Shown here piece by piece: positions 40,757 to 50,780 of a DNA stretch of 64,000 bases (position 1 is its first letter; every line of letters begins with the position of its first letter). The DNA is taken from contig CAZELR010000008.1 of assembly GCA_964513075.1 (NCBI GenBank), positions 23,876-87,875 on the forward strand, given 5' to 3'. A program made the translations under genes and the position numbers. Under the pieces are notes generated by a model. It was not told the DNA's origin and searched no databases. It saw nothing but the letters and a program-made list of their open reading frames with translations. Source of the DNA: an uncultured Anaerolineales bacterium (lineage in GTDB: Bacteria > Chloroflexota > Anaerolineae > CG2-30-64-16).

Positions 40757-43216
40757 ATGGCAAACGAAAACGACAAAGACACTCAGGCCAAAAAACAGCA
40801 ACCCGCCAAGCAGGGGCAACGCCCCGGCAATCAGGGGAAGAGGGACGACGTCCAGCCAAGCAGCAAAGGTGAGCCGGCGGCCGCGCCCAACATGCACCCA
40901 TCACGCCAGCCTGCATCCTTGAAGCCGATGAGCCCGGCTAAGCCAGGCGCCGACCTGGTCAGCAATGCAAACGACCGCCGTCCTACCGAGGGGCGCGGCC
41001 CTGAAACCCGCCAGCCAAGTCGCGACGGCGCCGATGAGGTATTCTCTCAACGCGTCTTCGACCCTGATAACCCCGACACCGTCCCCGTTCGCAGCGGCGG
41101 CGGAGCCAGCCGGCCGGTTGGTGGCCAACGCGGCCGCGACACGGAACGCAGCCTGGGTATCGGTGGCGGTCACAAGCCGCCGAGCCAGGGCAGCCGGCCC
41201 AGCAGCCCCGTGCAGCAAAGCGGTGGCGGACAGTTTCGGAGCGACAGCAACAGCCGGACCGGCCGCAGCCCCGAGCCGCCGCGGCCCGCCTCCCAACCAT
41301 CCAGAGGCAACGCCGGCAGGTCACAGCCCAAGCGGCAGCAACGCATGTCCTCGCACTCACGATCCCAGGATCCCATGGGGATGGCAGGGTCGCAAACCGG
41401 ACCTGCTGTGCCGCGCCAGCCAGCGGCCGCAACTATCTCCGAACTGATCCTCCCGGCTTCGATCACCGTCCGTGAATTTGCTGAGCGAATGCACCGCAGC
41501 CCCATTGAGGTGATCAAGACCCTGATGAACTACGGGATGATGGTGCCCATTACCGAGTCCATCGACTTCGATACCGCACAACTCATCGGTGAGGAGCTCG
41601 GCGTGACTGTCACGGCTGAATCGCTCCCAGAGCCCGAGGTGGCCGAGGTCGTCGAGGAAGCCCCGAAGACGTTGCGGCAACGCATCCTGGCTGCGGAGAA
41701 GGAAGAGAACCTGGTGATCCGCCCACCCGTCGTGACGGTGCTAGGCCACGTGGATCATGGCAAGACCACGCTGCTGGATGCGATCCGCGAGACACGCGTG
41801 GTAGAGGGCGAAGCTGGCGGCATCACCCAGCACATCGGTGCTTACCAGGTAATGAAGAATGAGCGTCTGATCACCTTCCTGGATACGCCGGGCCACGAAG
41901 CATTCACCGCCATGCGCGCGCGCGGCGCCCAGGTGACCGATATCGCGGTAGTGGTGGTCGCTGCGGATGATGGCGTGATGCCCCAGACCAAAGAGGCTAT
42001 TTCACACGTCAAAGCCGCACAGGTGCCCATCATCGTGGCACTGAACAAGATCGATAAGCCACAAGCCAACCCTGAACGCGTCAAACAAGAGCTGGCCGAC
42101 AACGGCGTATTGATCGAGGAATATGGCGGCGACGTCATGTGCGTGCCGGTGTCGGCTAAGTTCCGCCGGGGCATCGGTGATCTGTTGGAGAGCATCCTGC
42201 TGGTCGCGGATATCGAGCCGCAGAAGGCGAACCCAGACGGCGAATGCGTCGGTACGGTGATCGAAAGCCGGCTGGACAAGACGCGCGGCGCCACGGCCAC
42301 CGTGCTGGTGCAGAACGGCACGCTGCATGTGGGCGATGCCATTGTGACCGGCAACACGTATGCCAAGATTCGTGCCATGTACAACGACAAGGGCGAACCG
42401 ATCGTCGAGGCTGCGCCGGCTGCGCCCGTGCAGATTCTCGGCCTGGCTGAAGTGCCTGTGGCCGGCGACACCTTCAAGGTGGTGGCCGACGAACGCACCG
42501 CACGCGGCATCGCCTCCGAACATCAGGCAGAAAAACGGGCTACGACTGCGGCCATCCCGACCCCTGCACTGACGCTAGAAACGATCTTTGCGCAGGCCGA
42601 AGCCGGCAAAGTCAAAGAGCTCAATCTCATCCTGAAAGCCGACGTACAAGGCTCCATCGAGCCCATCGCTAACTCGCTGGAAAAGCTAGGGGACGAGAAG
42701 CTCAAAGTCAAGATCCTGTACCAGGGCACAGGCAATATCAGCGAGAGCGACGTGATGCTGGCCCTCGCTTCCCATGCCATCATCCTGGGCTTTTCCGTCA
42801 GCGTTGACACCACCGCCCAGAGTACGGCTGAGGCCGAAGGGGTGGACATCCGCCTCTACAACATCATCTATAACATCATCGAAGACGTGCAAAAAGCGCT
42901 GACCGGCCTGCTCGAACCGGTATACAAAGAAGTCATTACGGGTCACGCCGAGGTGCGCACGGTCTTCAAGGTCACAAAGGTAGGCAAAGTCGCAGGCAGT
43001 TATGTCACCGATGGCGAGATCAGCCGCAACTCCTCGGTGAGGCTGAAGCGCGCTGGCCAGGTGGTAACCGAAGACAAAATCGCGACCCTGAAGCGTTTCC
43101 AAGAAGACGTCGCCGAAGTCAAGACGGGGTTCGAGTGCGGCATCAACCTGCACAACTTCAACGACTTTGAAACAGGCGACATCTTGGAGACTTACAAAAA
43201 GGAACGAGTGCGCTAA
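40757..43216 (+). CDS. infB: Translation initiation factor IF-2
   Basis: An AGGAGG RBS sits 10 bp upstream of the chosen ATG. There is a low-complexity N-terminus. The GTPase carries [25 protein letters not shown] and NKIDK. Confidence 0.9.
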   Translation: MANENDKDTQAKKQQPAKQGQRPGNQGKRDDVQPSSKGEPAAAPNMHPSRQPASLKPMSPAKPGADLVSNANDRRPTEGRGPETRQPSRDGADEVFSQRVFDPDNPDTVPVRSGGGASRPVGGQRGRDTERSLGIGGGHKPPSQGSRPSSPVQQSGGGQFRSDSNSRTGRSPEPPRPASQPSRGNAGRSQPKRQQRMSSHSRSQDPMGMAGSQTGPAVPRQPAAATISELILPASITVREFAERMHRSPIEVIKTLMNYGMMVPITESIDFDTAQLIGEELGVTVTAESLPEPEVAEVVEEAPKTLRQRILAAEKEENLVIRPPVVTVLGHVDHGKTTLLDAIRETRVVEGEAGGITQHIGAYQVMKNERLITFLDTPGHEAFTAMRARGAQVTDIAVVVVAADDGVMPQTKEAISHVKAAQVPIIVALNKIDKPQANPERVKQELADNGVLIEEYGGDVMCVPVSAKFRRGIGDLLESILLVADIEPQKANPDGECVGTVIESRLDKTRGATATVLVQNGTLHVGDAIVTGNTYAKIRAMYNDKGEPIVEAAPAAPVQILGLAEVPVAGDTFKVVADERTARGIASEHQAEKRATTAAIPTPALTLETIFAQAEAGKVKELNLILKADVQGSIEPIANSLEKLGDEKLKVKILYQGTGNISESDVMLALASHAIILGFSVSVDTTAQSTAEAEGVDIRLYNIIYNIIEDVQKALTGLLEPVYKEVITGHAEVRTVFKVTKVGKVAGSYVTDGEISRNSSVRLKRAGQVVTEDKIATLKRFQEDVAEVKTGFECGINLHNFNDFETGDILETYKKERVR

Positions 43217-43220
43217 CGCG

Positions 43221-43619
43221 ATGGTAACCCGACGTCAAGAACGCGTCTCAGAATTGCTGCGCGAGGAGCTGAGCATCCTGATCGTAGATCTCATCGACCC
43301 GCGCCTGGCGGACGCCTTGGTAAGTGTTTCTGATGTAGAGGTCTCACCCGACCTCCGCAGCGCGCGCGTCTTCGTACAGCATGTGCTGCCGCCGACATCC
43401 TCACGCCAGGTGCTCTCGGCATTGAAACACGCCGAGAGCTTCCTGCGGCAAGCGCTGACGGAGAATCTGAGCTTGCGCTTCGTGCCCGAGCTGCATTTTC
43501 AGATCGATACGACCGAAGACCGCGCCGGCCGCATCGATGCGCTGCTGGACACCCTTGCAGCGGCGGCACAAACGCAAGATCAGCCGGCGAAGGACAGCCA
43601 GGGTGGAGCCCACCAATAA
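43221..43619 (+). CDS. rbfA: Ribosome-binding factor A
   Basis: RVSELLREELSILI...VSVSDVEVSPDLRSARVF, the RbfA pattern. Confidence 0.85.
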   Translation: MVTRRQERVSELLREELSILIVDLIDPRLADALVSVSDVEVSPDLRSARVFVQHVLPPTSSRQVLSALKHAESFLRQALTENLSLRFVPELHFQIDTTEDRAGRIDALLDTLAAAAQTQDQPAKDSQGGAHQ

Positions 43620-43650
43620 GCGGCGCAAGAACGCTCCATCCGCATCGGTG

Positions 43651-44649
43651 ATGCCAGTATCACCGATGCATTCGTTGGACAAGGTGACCGCCGCGCTGCG
43701 TGGCGCAACCAGCGTGTTAGCCATGTGCCACGTCAACCCCGACGGCGATGCCATCGGCTCGCTGCTGGGGCTGGCGTGGGTCTTGCGCGACCTGCCGCAT
43801 CCCCCTGAGGTCTGCCTGGCGTGCGCTGACCCCATACCGTCTCAGCTCGAGTTCCTGCCGGGGGCCGACGAGATTCGACAGGACGCACCGAAAGGGCCCT
43901 GGGATGTGGTCGTGGGCCTTGATGCCAGCGATCCGGCCCGTCTGGGACCGATCTATACGCCGGCAGCCTATGGACAAACTCCGATCATCGTCCTCGACCA
44001 TCATGTCACCAACCTGCATTTCGGCACCCTGAATTATGTCGATACGCGGGCAGCCGCCACTTCACAAATTGTGGTGGATCTTGCCGATGCGTTGAGTGCG
44101 CCGATCAGCTACAACGCGGCCGTTTGCCTGCTGGCCGGCCTGGTGACCGACACTCTCAGCTTTCGCACCAGCAATGTGACGCCCAAGCTGTTCAACACGG
44201 CCGCTCGGCTCATGGCAACGGGCGCGGATGTTGCAGCCATCACGCAGCGCAGTCTGTACGACCGTCCGGCGGCCATCCTGCGCCTATGGGGCGCCGGGTT
44301 AAGCCAGATGCAGTTGAACGGACACGTTGTTTGGACGGCAATCAGCCTCGCCACGCGCAGTCAACTCGGCCTGACCGGCAATAACGAGAATGGATTGACA
44401 AGCCAGTTGATCAACGCGAGCGAAGCCCAGGTCGCAGCTGTTTTCAATGAAATCGAGACCCACCAGGTCGAGGTAAGTTTGCGCTCCCGGCCCGGCTACG
44501 ATGTGGCCACCATCGCTTTGCACCTGGGAGGTGGCGGCCATCCCCAAGCGGCGGGGTTCACCCTCCCCGGCTCTCTGGATGCGGTACAGGCGCGCGTCTT
44601 GCCCCTATTGGCCGCAGTGGCCGAGGCGAAAAACACCTTACGCCCATGA
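43651..44649 (+). CDS. nrnA: DHH-family phosphoesterase (NrnA-like oligoribonuclease/pAp phosphatase)
   Basis: HVNPDGDAIGS DHH motif and a DHHA1 C-terminal domain with a GGGH motif. Confidence 0.75.
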   Translation: MPVSPMHSLDKVTAALRGATSVLAMCHVNPDGDAIGSLLGLAWVLRDLPHPPEVCLACADPIPSQLEFLPGADEIRQDAPKGPWDVVVGLDASDPARLGPIYTPAAYGQTPIIVLDHHVTNLHFGTLNYVDTRAAATSQIVVDLADALSAPISYNAAVCLLAGLVTDTLSFRTSNVTPKLFNTAARLMATGADVAAITQRSLYDRPAAILRLWGAGLSQMQLNGHVVWTAISLATRSQLGLTGNNENGLTSQLINASEAQVAAVFNEIETHQVEVSLRSRPGYDVATIALHLGGGGHPQAAGFTLPGSLDAVQARVLPLLAAVAEAKNTLRP

Positions 44650-45539
44650 ATGGTATCCTGAATCTGCACAAGCCGTCCGAATGGACCTCTCACGACGTGG
44701 TGGCCCGGGTGCGCCGGCTGCTCAAGATCAAACGCGTGGGGCACGCGGGCACGCTGGACCCGATGGCCACCGGCGTGTTGTTGGTTTGCGTCGGCCAGGC
44801 CACGCGGGTGGCCGAATATTTGATGGCCAGCCCAAAGTCCTATCGCGCCCGCGTGCAATTGGGTATTGTCACCGATACGTATGATGCGGAAGGCGCCGTT
44901 ATGGCCACGGCCCCGGTGCCCGATTTCACACCGGAGAATCTGCGCCGGGCCTTGGCGCAATTTGTCGGCGCCATCCAGCAAACACCACCAGCCTTCTCGG
45001 CCATCAAACAAAATGGCGTCCCTATGTACCGCCGAGCGCGTCGCGGCGAGGCGGTGGAGGTCGCTCCCCGTCCCGTCACGATCCATCGCATCGAGCTGCT
45101 CAATTGGCAGACGCCCTTTCTGGAGATTACGGTGGATTGTGATCCAGGCACCTATATCCGTAGTTTGGCGCGCGATGTGGGCGAAGTCCTGGGCTGCGGC
45201 GCGACGCTGGCCGCGCTGGTGCGTACGCAAAGCGGCGCATTCACATTGGATAGCGCATTGACCCTCGACGCGCTGGCTGAAGAGATCACGGCTGGCCGCC
45301 TCGCCGCCCACCTGCACCCGCTGCGGGCTGCGCTGGATCGCTTCGTGCCTGTGCCTGTCTCTGCGGCCGAAGTCGATGCGCTACGCAAGGGCCAGGCCAT
45401 CGCCTGCTCTGAACCACCACCAGCCACCGGCGGATATGCACTAACAGAGGCCGGCGCGGTCGCCGCCATCCTGGTCTATGATGCCGGCCGAAACGCCTGG
45501 CAGCCCGATAAGGTCTTCTCGGCCGCTGACGCAGACTAG
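44646..45539 (+). CDS. truB: tRNA pseudouridine(55) synthase
   Basis: LNLHKP...HAGTLDPMATGVL catalytic Asp motif. Confidence 0.9.
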   Translation: MNGILNLHKPSEWTSHDVVARVRRLLKIKRVGHAGTLDPMATGVLLVCVGQATRVAEYLMASPKSYRARVQLGIVTDTYDAEGAVMATAPVPDFTPENLRRALAQFVGAIQQTPPAFSAIKQNGVPMYRRARRGEAVEVAPRPVTIHRIELLNWQTPFLEITVDCDPGTYIRSLARDVGEVLGCGATLAALVRTQSGAFTLDSALTLDALAEEITAGRLAAHLHPLRAALDRFVPVPVSAAEVDALRKGQAIACSEPPPATGGYALTEAGAVAAILVYDAGRNAWQPDKVFSAADAD

Positions 45540-45571
45540 AACTACGGCATTACGGAGCGCGCACCAGAGCT

Positions 45572-46972
45572 ATGGAAACCCTCCTTGGCTTCTCTGCCCA
45601 GGCCTTTACCGGCCCCATTTATCTCACCATCGGCAACTTCGATGGCGTGCATCGCGGACACCAGGCGCTGATCAGCGACATGGCCAAGGCCGCGCATGCC
45701 GCCGGCGCCCAAGCCGGGCTGCTGACCTTTGAGCCGCATCCGCTGACCATCCTGCGCCCCGGCGCGACGACGCTGCGCCTGACCAGCAACGAGGAGCGCG
45801 CCAGCCTGTTGGCCGCCCTGGGATTGGATTTTGTACTGGTGCTGCCGTTCACGCGCGCGACCGCAGACACTAGCGCCGCGGAGTTCATGAGCACCCTGGT
45901 CGGCTACGTGCAGCTCAAAGAGTTGTGGATCGGGCCTGACTTCGCCCTGGGCCGCGGCCGCGAAGGGAACGCGGCGCGTCTCACTGCACTGGGGCAAGAC
46001 CTGGGCTACCAGGTGCAAGTCGTTCCCCCTTACCACTGGCTTGGCGAGCAGGTGCGCAGCAGCCGCGTGCGCGCCTATCTGGCTGACGACGGTGCGGTCG
46101 AATCCGCCGCAACGCTGTTGGGCCGACCCTATCAGCTATGGGGACAGGTAACCCAAGGCGCGCGACGGGGCCGGCGGCTCGGCTTTCCTACCGCCAACAT
46201 GGCCGTCCCGGACGACCGGCTGACCCCGGCACATGGCGTCTATGCGTGCTGGGCCTGGCGTGACGCCCGTGAGAACACACAGGCCGGTTACCCGGCAGTG
46301 GTCAACATCGGCGTGCGCCCCAGCTTTGACAACGGCCCGCGCTCGGTGGAGGCATATCTGCTGGACTTCACTGACGATTTGTACGGAGAGATGTTGGGGC
46401 TCAGCTTTATTCAGCGGCTGCGGGGGGAGATGCGTTTCAACGATGTATCAGCGTTGATCAGCCAGATCAAGATGGATGCCGAGGCTGCGCGTGCGCTCCT
46501 GGCCGACCCGCCCGACGACACCGGGAACTGGAAGCTGGAAGCTGGAAGCTGGAAGCTAGAGGCTGGCACATCATTCTGGGGAGAAATCCCCCACACCGCC
46601 GATTGGGCCATCCGTGTGACGGGAGTCTCCCCGCGCCAGCTCTTTGCCCGGACGGCCGCCGTGATGTACCTGCTGCAGGGTGCCGACCCCAGTCAACCGA
46701 TCACCCTGGCGCGCAGCATCGAGGCGGAAGCGGCCAACACTCCCGAGCTGCTGGTGGCATGGCTCAACCGCTTGCTGGTGGGGCAAGATATCGGACAGGA
46801 ACTCTATACGAGATTCGAGATCCACGAAATATCTGAGCGCGGGCTGCGCGGGGTGGCCTACGGCTATCGCGGCACACCTACGCACACGACGATCAAAGCG
46901 GTGACCTATTACGATCTAAGCGCCGCACAAACGGCGGAGGGTTGGGAGGCCATCGTCACGTTCGACGTGTGA
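45572..46972 (+). CDS. ribF: Bifunctional riboflavin kinase/FMN adenylyltransferase fused in-frame to a C-terminal archease domain
   Basis: Residues 1 to about 318 are RibF (GNFDGVHRGH; riboflavin kinase PTAN motif). Residues from about 335 to the end match archease (GEIPHTADWAIRVTG...; IKAVTYYDL...W..IVTFDV). They are joined by a linker encoded by (CTGGAAG)4. Confidence 0.8.
   Translation: METLLGFSAQAFTGPIYLTIGNFDGVHRGHQALISDMAKAAHAAGAQAGLLTFEPHPLTILRPGATTLRLTSNEERASLLAALGLDFVLVLPFTRATADTSAAEFMSTLVGYVQLKELWIGPDFALGRGREGNAARLTALGQDLGYQVQVVPPYHWLGEQVRSSRVRAYLADDGAVESAATLLGRPYQLWGQVTQGARRGRRLGFPTANMAVPDDRLTPAHGVYACWAWRDARENTQAGYPAVVNIGVRPSFDNGPRSVEAYLLDFTDDLYGEMLGLSFIQRLRGEMRFNDVSALISQIKMDAEAARALLADPPDDTGNWKLEAGSWKLEAGTSFWGEIPHTADWAIRVTGVSPRQLFARTAAVMYLLQGADPSQPITLARSIEAEAANTPELLVAWLNRLLVGQDIGQELYTRFEIHEISERGLRGVAYGYRGTPTHTTIKAVTYYDLSAAQTAEGWEAIVTFDV
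46524..46565. repeat. Heptanucleotide tandem repeat (CTGGAAG) x4 plus a degenerate copy
   Basis: Read directly. It lies inside the ribF-archease ORF and encodes NWKLEAGSWKLEAG. Confidence 0.85.
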
Positions 46973-47065
46973 CCCCTCAAGATCCAGGTTTGAGGCTCCC
47001 GCACCACGCGGGCTTCCCAAAAAACCGGCCGCCGCCTTGAGTCCAGTTTGCCAATAACAACCGGA

Positions 47066-47866
47066 TCACACGGCCACGTCCGCCTTGATGCGCGGATGAG
47101 GATCATATCCTTCCAAACAAAAATCCTCGTACTTGAAGTCAAAAATCGACTTAACCTCCGGATTGAGGATCATGTGGGGCAGCGGACGCGGCGCGCGCGT
47201 AAGCTGAAGCTGCGCCTGCTCGATATGATTCAAGTACAGATGCGCGTCACCAGAGGTGTGCACGAAATCACCAGGCTGCAGGCCACAGACCTGCGCCACC
47301 ATCATCGTCAGCAGCGCGTACGATGCAATGTTGAACGGCAGTCCCAGGAACACATCCACCGAGCGCTGATAGAGCTGGCACGACAGCCGTCCCTCCGCCA
47401 CATAGAACTGGAACAACACGTGACACGGCGGCAGCGCCATCTCCTCGATGTCACCCACGTTCCATGCGCTGACAATGAGGCGTCGCGAATCAGGGTTACG
47501 CCGAATCTGCGCCACCACCTCGGCAAGCTGGTCGACCGTCCGGCCGTCGGCCGCCTGCCACGACCGCCACTGCGCGCCGTACACCGGCCCCAGATCCCCC
47601 GCCTGGTCCGCCCATTCATCCCAGATGTGCACGCCCTGCTCCTGCAGCGAGCGCACGTTGGTCTCGCCCCGGATGAACCAGAGCAGTTCATGAATGATCG
47701 ACTTGGTATGCAGCTTCTTGGTGGTCAGCAGCGGGAAGCCGGCGGCCAGGTCGAACCGCATCTGATAGCCGAAGACGGAGCGCGTGCCCGTGCCGGTCCG
47801 ATCGGGTTTGACCGCGCCGTGCTCCAGGATGTGTTGCATCAGGTCGAGATAGGGCTGCACACTCAT
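47066..47866 (-). CDS. thyA: Thymidylate synthase
   Basis: Full-length ThyA, including the RxxGE...catalytic-Cys region and C-terminal ADVAV. Confidence 0.9.
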   Translation of the reverse strand: MSVQPYLDLMQHILEHGAVKPDRTGTGTRSVFGYQMRFDLAAGFPLLTTKKLHTKSIIHELLWFIRGETNVRSLQEQGVHIWDEWADQAGDLGPVYGAQWRSWQAADGRTVDQLAEVVAQIRRNPDSRRLIVSAWNVGDIEEMALPPCHVLFQFYVAEGRLSCQLYQRSVDVFLGLPFNIASYALLTMMVAQVCGLQPGDFVHTSGDAHLYLNHIEQAQLQLTRAPRPLPHMILNPEVKSIFDFKYEDFCLEGYDPHPRIKADVAV

Positions 47867-47876
47867 CTCCTCACAA

Positions 47877-47909
47877 GAAACCCGGTTTCTCGGAGAAACC
47901 GGGTTTCTG
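47877..47909. repeat. REP-like double palindrome (AGAAACCCGGTTTCT cgg AGAAACCGGGTTTCT)
   Basis: Read directly, between the CBS-ACT gene stop and the thyA start. Confidence 0.8.
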
Positions 47910-47962
47910 ATAACGAGAGCAACCGGCTAAAGCCTTCATTCCGGATTCGACTTGTTAGCGCC

Positions 47963-48607
47963 TCACGCGCCGCGCAGGTCCACCAATGTGATGCCGGACT
48001 CGGACACCGCCGCGCGTGCGGCAGCCTCGTCCAGGCCGGAAACCTTGGTGGTGATGCGCCAATAGTCCGGCTTTGCCGCGGCATAGATTACCAGGCTGAC
48101 GATATTGCCCCCTCGATCCGCGATCGCCTTGGTGAGCTTCGCCACGGTGCCCTTTTGATCGATCGTCTCGGCAGTGAGCCGCAGCCCGGCTTTGCGTGCG
48201 CCCAGCAGCTCCACCAGAATCTTGAAGATGTCGGTCTCAGTGATGATGCCGGCCAGCTTGCCATCCACCACCACAGGCAGGCCGCCGATCTTGTTGTCCG
48301 CCATGACGCGGGCGGCCTCTTCCAGCGGCGTATCGGCCGTCACGGTGATGACCGGGTGGGCCATCACTTGCTTGACCGACAGCTTGGACAGCAAATAGTG
48401 CAGCTCATAAACGCTGAGCGATGTAGCCGGCGAAGGTGCTGCATGCAGCAGATCCTTGTCGGAGATGATGCCGACCATCTGGCCGGACGCGTCCATGACG
48501 GGCAGGCGGCGCACCTTGCGCTCACGCATAAGGTGGATGCCATCATCGATGCTGGCTGTTTCGAGAATCGTAACGGGATTGCGGGTCATTCGATCGCCAA
48601 CGAGCAT
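47963..48607 (-). CDS. CBS-pair plus ACT domain protein (AcuB-like)
   Basis: Two CBS motifs and a C-terminal ACT-like domain. Confidence 0.8.
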   Translation of the reverse strand: MLVGDRMTRNPVTILETASIDDGIHLMRERKVRRLPVMDASGQMVGIISDKDLLHAAPSPATSLSVYELHYLLSKLSVKQVMAHPVITVTADTPLEEAARVMADNKIGGLPVVVDGKLAGIITETDIFKILVELLGARKAGLRLTAETIDQKGTVAKLTKAIADRGGNIVSLVIYAAAKPDYWRITTKVSGLDEAAARAAVSESGITLVDLRGA

Positions 48608-48771
48608 ATTGTCCTCCTGAAAGTGTTGATCTGTATTCTATATCGAAAGGCTGACCTGTCAAAGTAGGGGCGAGACGCTCTGTCCCAAACCCTGACAGAC
48701 TGCTTTTTGGCCCCGGTGGCAGAACCCTCGGCAACCCGGAACCGCCCAGGAGCACCTGGCCCTTACAAAGC

Positions 48772-49755
48772 TCACCGCTGCGCCCGGGCCCCTCTTTTTT
48801 GCGCTTTTTGCTTGGGCTTCTGGTAGCCCAACCGGCGCAACTGTTCTTCGTCGGTGCGCCACTTAGGACGCACCTTCACCCACAGCTCAAGATAGACCTT
48901 CGTCTCCAGCAGCTCCTCAATCTGGACGCGTGCAGCCTGACCGATCCGTTTGATCATCTCGCCGCCCTTGCCCAGAACGATCATCTTTTGGCTGTCGCGT
49001 TCGACATAGACGACTGCCGAAATGTAGGTCATCGTCGCGTCGCGCTCCTCGAATCGATCGACCAGCACCGCGACCGAGTGGGGCACCTCGTCACGCAGGT
49101 TGAGCAGCACCTGCTCACGCACCAATTCGGCCGACATGAAACGGATCTGCTGATCGGTGACCTGGTCTTCGGGGTAAAGCTGCGGCCCCAACGGCAGCGC
49201 CCCGACGATGCGCGCCACCAGCAGGTCCAGGTTGTCGCCGCGCACCGCAGACACCAAAAGTGTCTCAGCTCCGGGCGCCAGCGCAGCATAGGCCGCGGTG
49301 TTCTCCTGAACATGCTCCGGCAGCAGCCGGTCGCACTGATTCAGCGCCAGGATGACCGGCAACTTGCGGCGGTCTCCTGCCAGCAGCGCCGCCACCTGGC
49401 GGTCCTCATTGTTGGGCCGCCCAGCGACGTCCACCACCCACACCACCGCGTCCGCATCGGGCAGTGCAGCGGCCGCGGTCGCCACCAGCACCTCGCCCAG
49501 CCGGTGCAGCGGCGCGTGGATGCCGGGCGTGTCCAGGAAGACGATCTGGCAATCCGGCCGCGTCAATATGCCCAACAGCCGGTTGCGGGTCGTCTGCGGC
49601 TTGGGCGAGACAATGCTCACCTTCTGCCCCAGCAGCCGGTTGATCAGCGTAGATTTGCCGACGTTCGGCCTTCCGACCACGGCGATGAAACCGGAACGGT
49701 AGTCAACAGCTTCGGGGCTGGACAACGTCAATTCATCTTTCAGATCATTCAACAT
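48772..49755 (-). CDS. era: GTPase Era
   Basis: GRPNVGKST, DTPG, a C-terminal KH domain. The start is moved to MLNDLKDE. Confidence 0.85.
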   Translation of the reverse strand: MLNDLKDELTLSSPEAVDYRSGFIAVVGRPNVGKSTLINRLLGQKVSIVSPKPQTTRNRLLGILTRPDCQIVFLDTPGIHAPLHRLGEVLVATAAAALPDADAVVWVVDVAGRPNNEDRQVAALLAGDRRKLPVILALNQCDRLLPEHVQENTAAYAALAPGAETLLVSAVRGDNLDLLVARIVGALPLGPQLYPEDQVTDQQIRFMSAELVREQVLLNLRDEVPHSVAVLVDRFEERDATMTYISAVVYVERDSQKMIVLGKGGEMIKRIGQAARVQIEELLETKVYLELWVKVRPKWRTDEEQLRRLGYQKPKQKAQKRGARAQR

Positions 49756-49804
49756 GAGTGCTAGTTTAGCACAGAGCGCCGAGGGGGGCAAACCGATTCT
49801 GATC

Positions 49805-50542
49805 TCACCGTGCCAAAGACGATGGCGGCAGCTTGAACGGATTAAAGTCCGTGCCCACGTCGTAATAGTCTTCCTGCTCAGCCCGTTTTAGCGCGGCAAC
49901 GACGCGATAGGTGACCGGCGTGAACAGCACCTCGATCCCCACCTTGAAGATGTAGTTGGCTGCGATGATGCTGGCCGCGGCAGCCCAGGGGAAGACGCCG
50001 AACGCGCAGGCGATCAGCACGAAGAGGACAGAGTCAACGCCCTCGCCCACCAGCGTCGAGCCGATGGTGCGGCTCCACAGCCAGCGGCCGCGGGTCAGCA
50101 CTTTCATGCGGGCCAGGACGTAGGAGTTGCTGAACTCGCCCGCGAAATAGGCGACCAGGCTGGCCACGATAATGCCGCCGTTGCTCACGCCGCCCAGGAT
50201 CGCATCGTACGCGGCCTGCCCGGCCGATGCCTCCCAGGCCGCCTCGCCAGGCAGGCGGGCTACCAGCCACAGCGTGGCGCCCATGAGCGCAGCCAGCGCA
50301 AAGCCGGTCCAGATCACCCGCCGGCCCCGTGCGTAACCGTACACCTCGGTCAGTACGTCGCCGAAAATGTAGCTGATGGGGAAAAGCAGCGTGCCCGCGT
50401 CGAACGCCAGCGGCAGTCCGATCACGGGCAGCGAGATGCCCCAATCGATGATCTTGGCCGATGAGGCAATGTTGCTGACCAGCAGCACCGCCACGAACGC
50501 GGCCATGATCAGGTCGTAGTAACGGTAAGCTCTGTGTGTCAT
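49805..50542 (-). CDS. yhhQ: Queuosine precursor transporter (YhhQ/DUF165 family)
   Basis: Six TM helices, with FPISYIFGDVLTEVYGY and GEFSNSYVLARMK signature regions. Confidence 0.8.
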   Translation of the reverse strand: MTHRAYRYYDLIMAAFVAVLLVSNIASSAKIIDWGISLPVIGLPLAFDAGTLLFPISYIFGDVLTEVYGYARGRRVIWTGFALAALMGATLWLVARLPGEAAWEASAGQAAYDAILGGVSNGGIIVASLVAYFAGEFSNSYVLARMKVLTRGRWLWSRTIGSTLVGEGVDSVLFVLIACAFGVFPWAAAASIIAANYIFKVGIEVLFTPVTYRVVAALKRAEQEDYYDVGTDFNPFKLPPSSLAR

Positions 50543-50610
50543 TCTGAGCGGATTGACGACTCAACACTCATCACGGCGAAACCCCAGCGAAGAATCTCGC
50601 CGCCGCACTT
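50537..50610. repeat. Dispersed copy of the 79-bp TGTCATTCTGAGCGG...CCAGCGAAGAATCTCG element
   Basis: Read directly. Its first bases supply the ATG (cat on the plus strand) of yhhQ. Confidence 0.75.
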
Positions 50611-50780
50611 CAACCGAGATGCTTCGCTGGTCATTCGCCGCACCTGACCTTGAGCTGTCGACCCACTCGGCATGACAATGAGTGCCGTGTAACTGTCTCT
50701 ACTCCTGCCCAAGCCCCAGGGGGTCAAAGACCGGCCCTAGCGATGGGGATCCCCTTCAACCTTAAACCTTGAACCTTCCA

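Noticed and set aside
39101-40897. 598-aa minus-strand ORF
   Set aside because: It is antisense to nusA/ylxR/infB, all of which are clearly recognised on the plus strand.
47048-48667. 539-aa plus-strand ORF
   Set aside because: It is antisense to thyA and the CBS-ACT gene.
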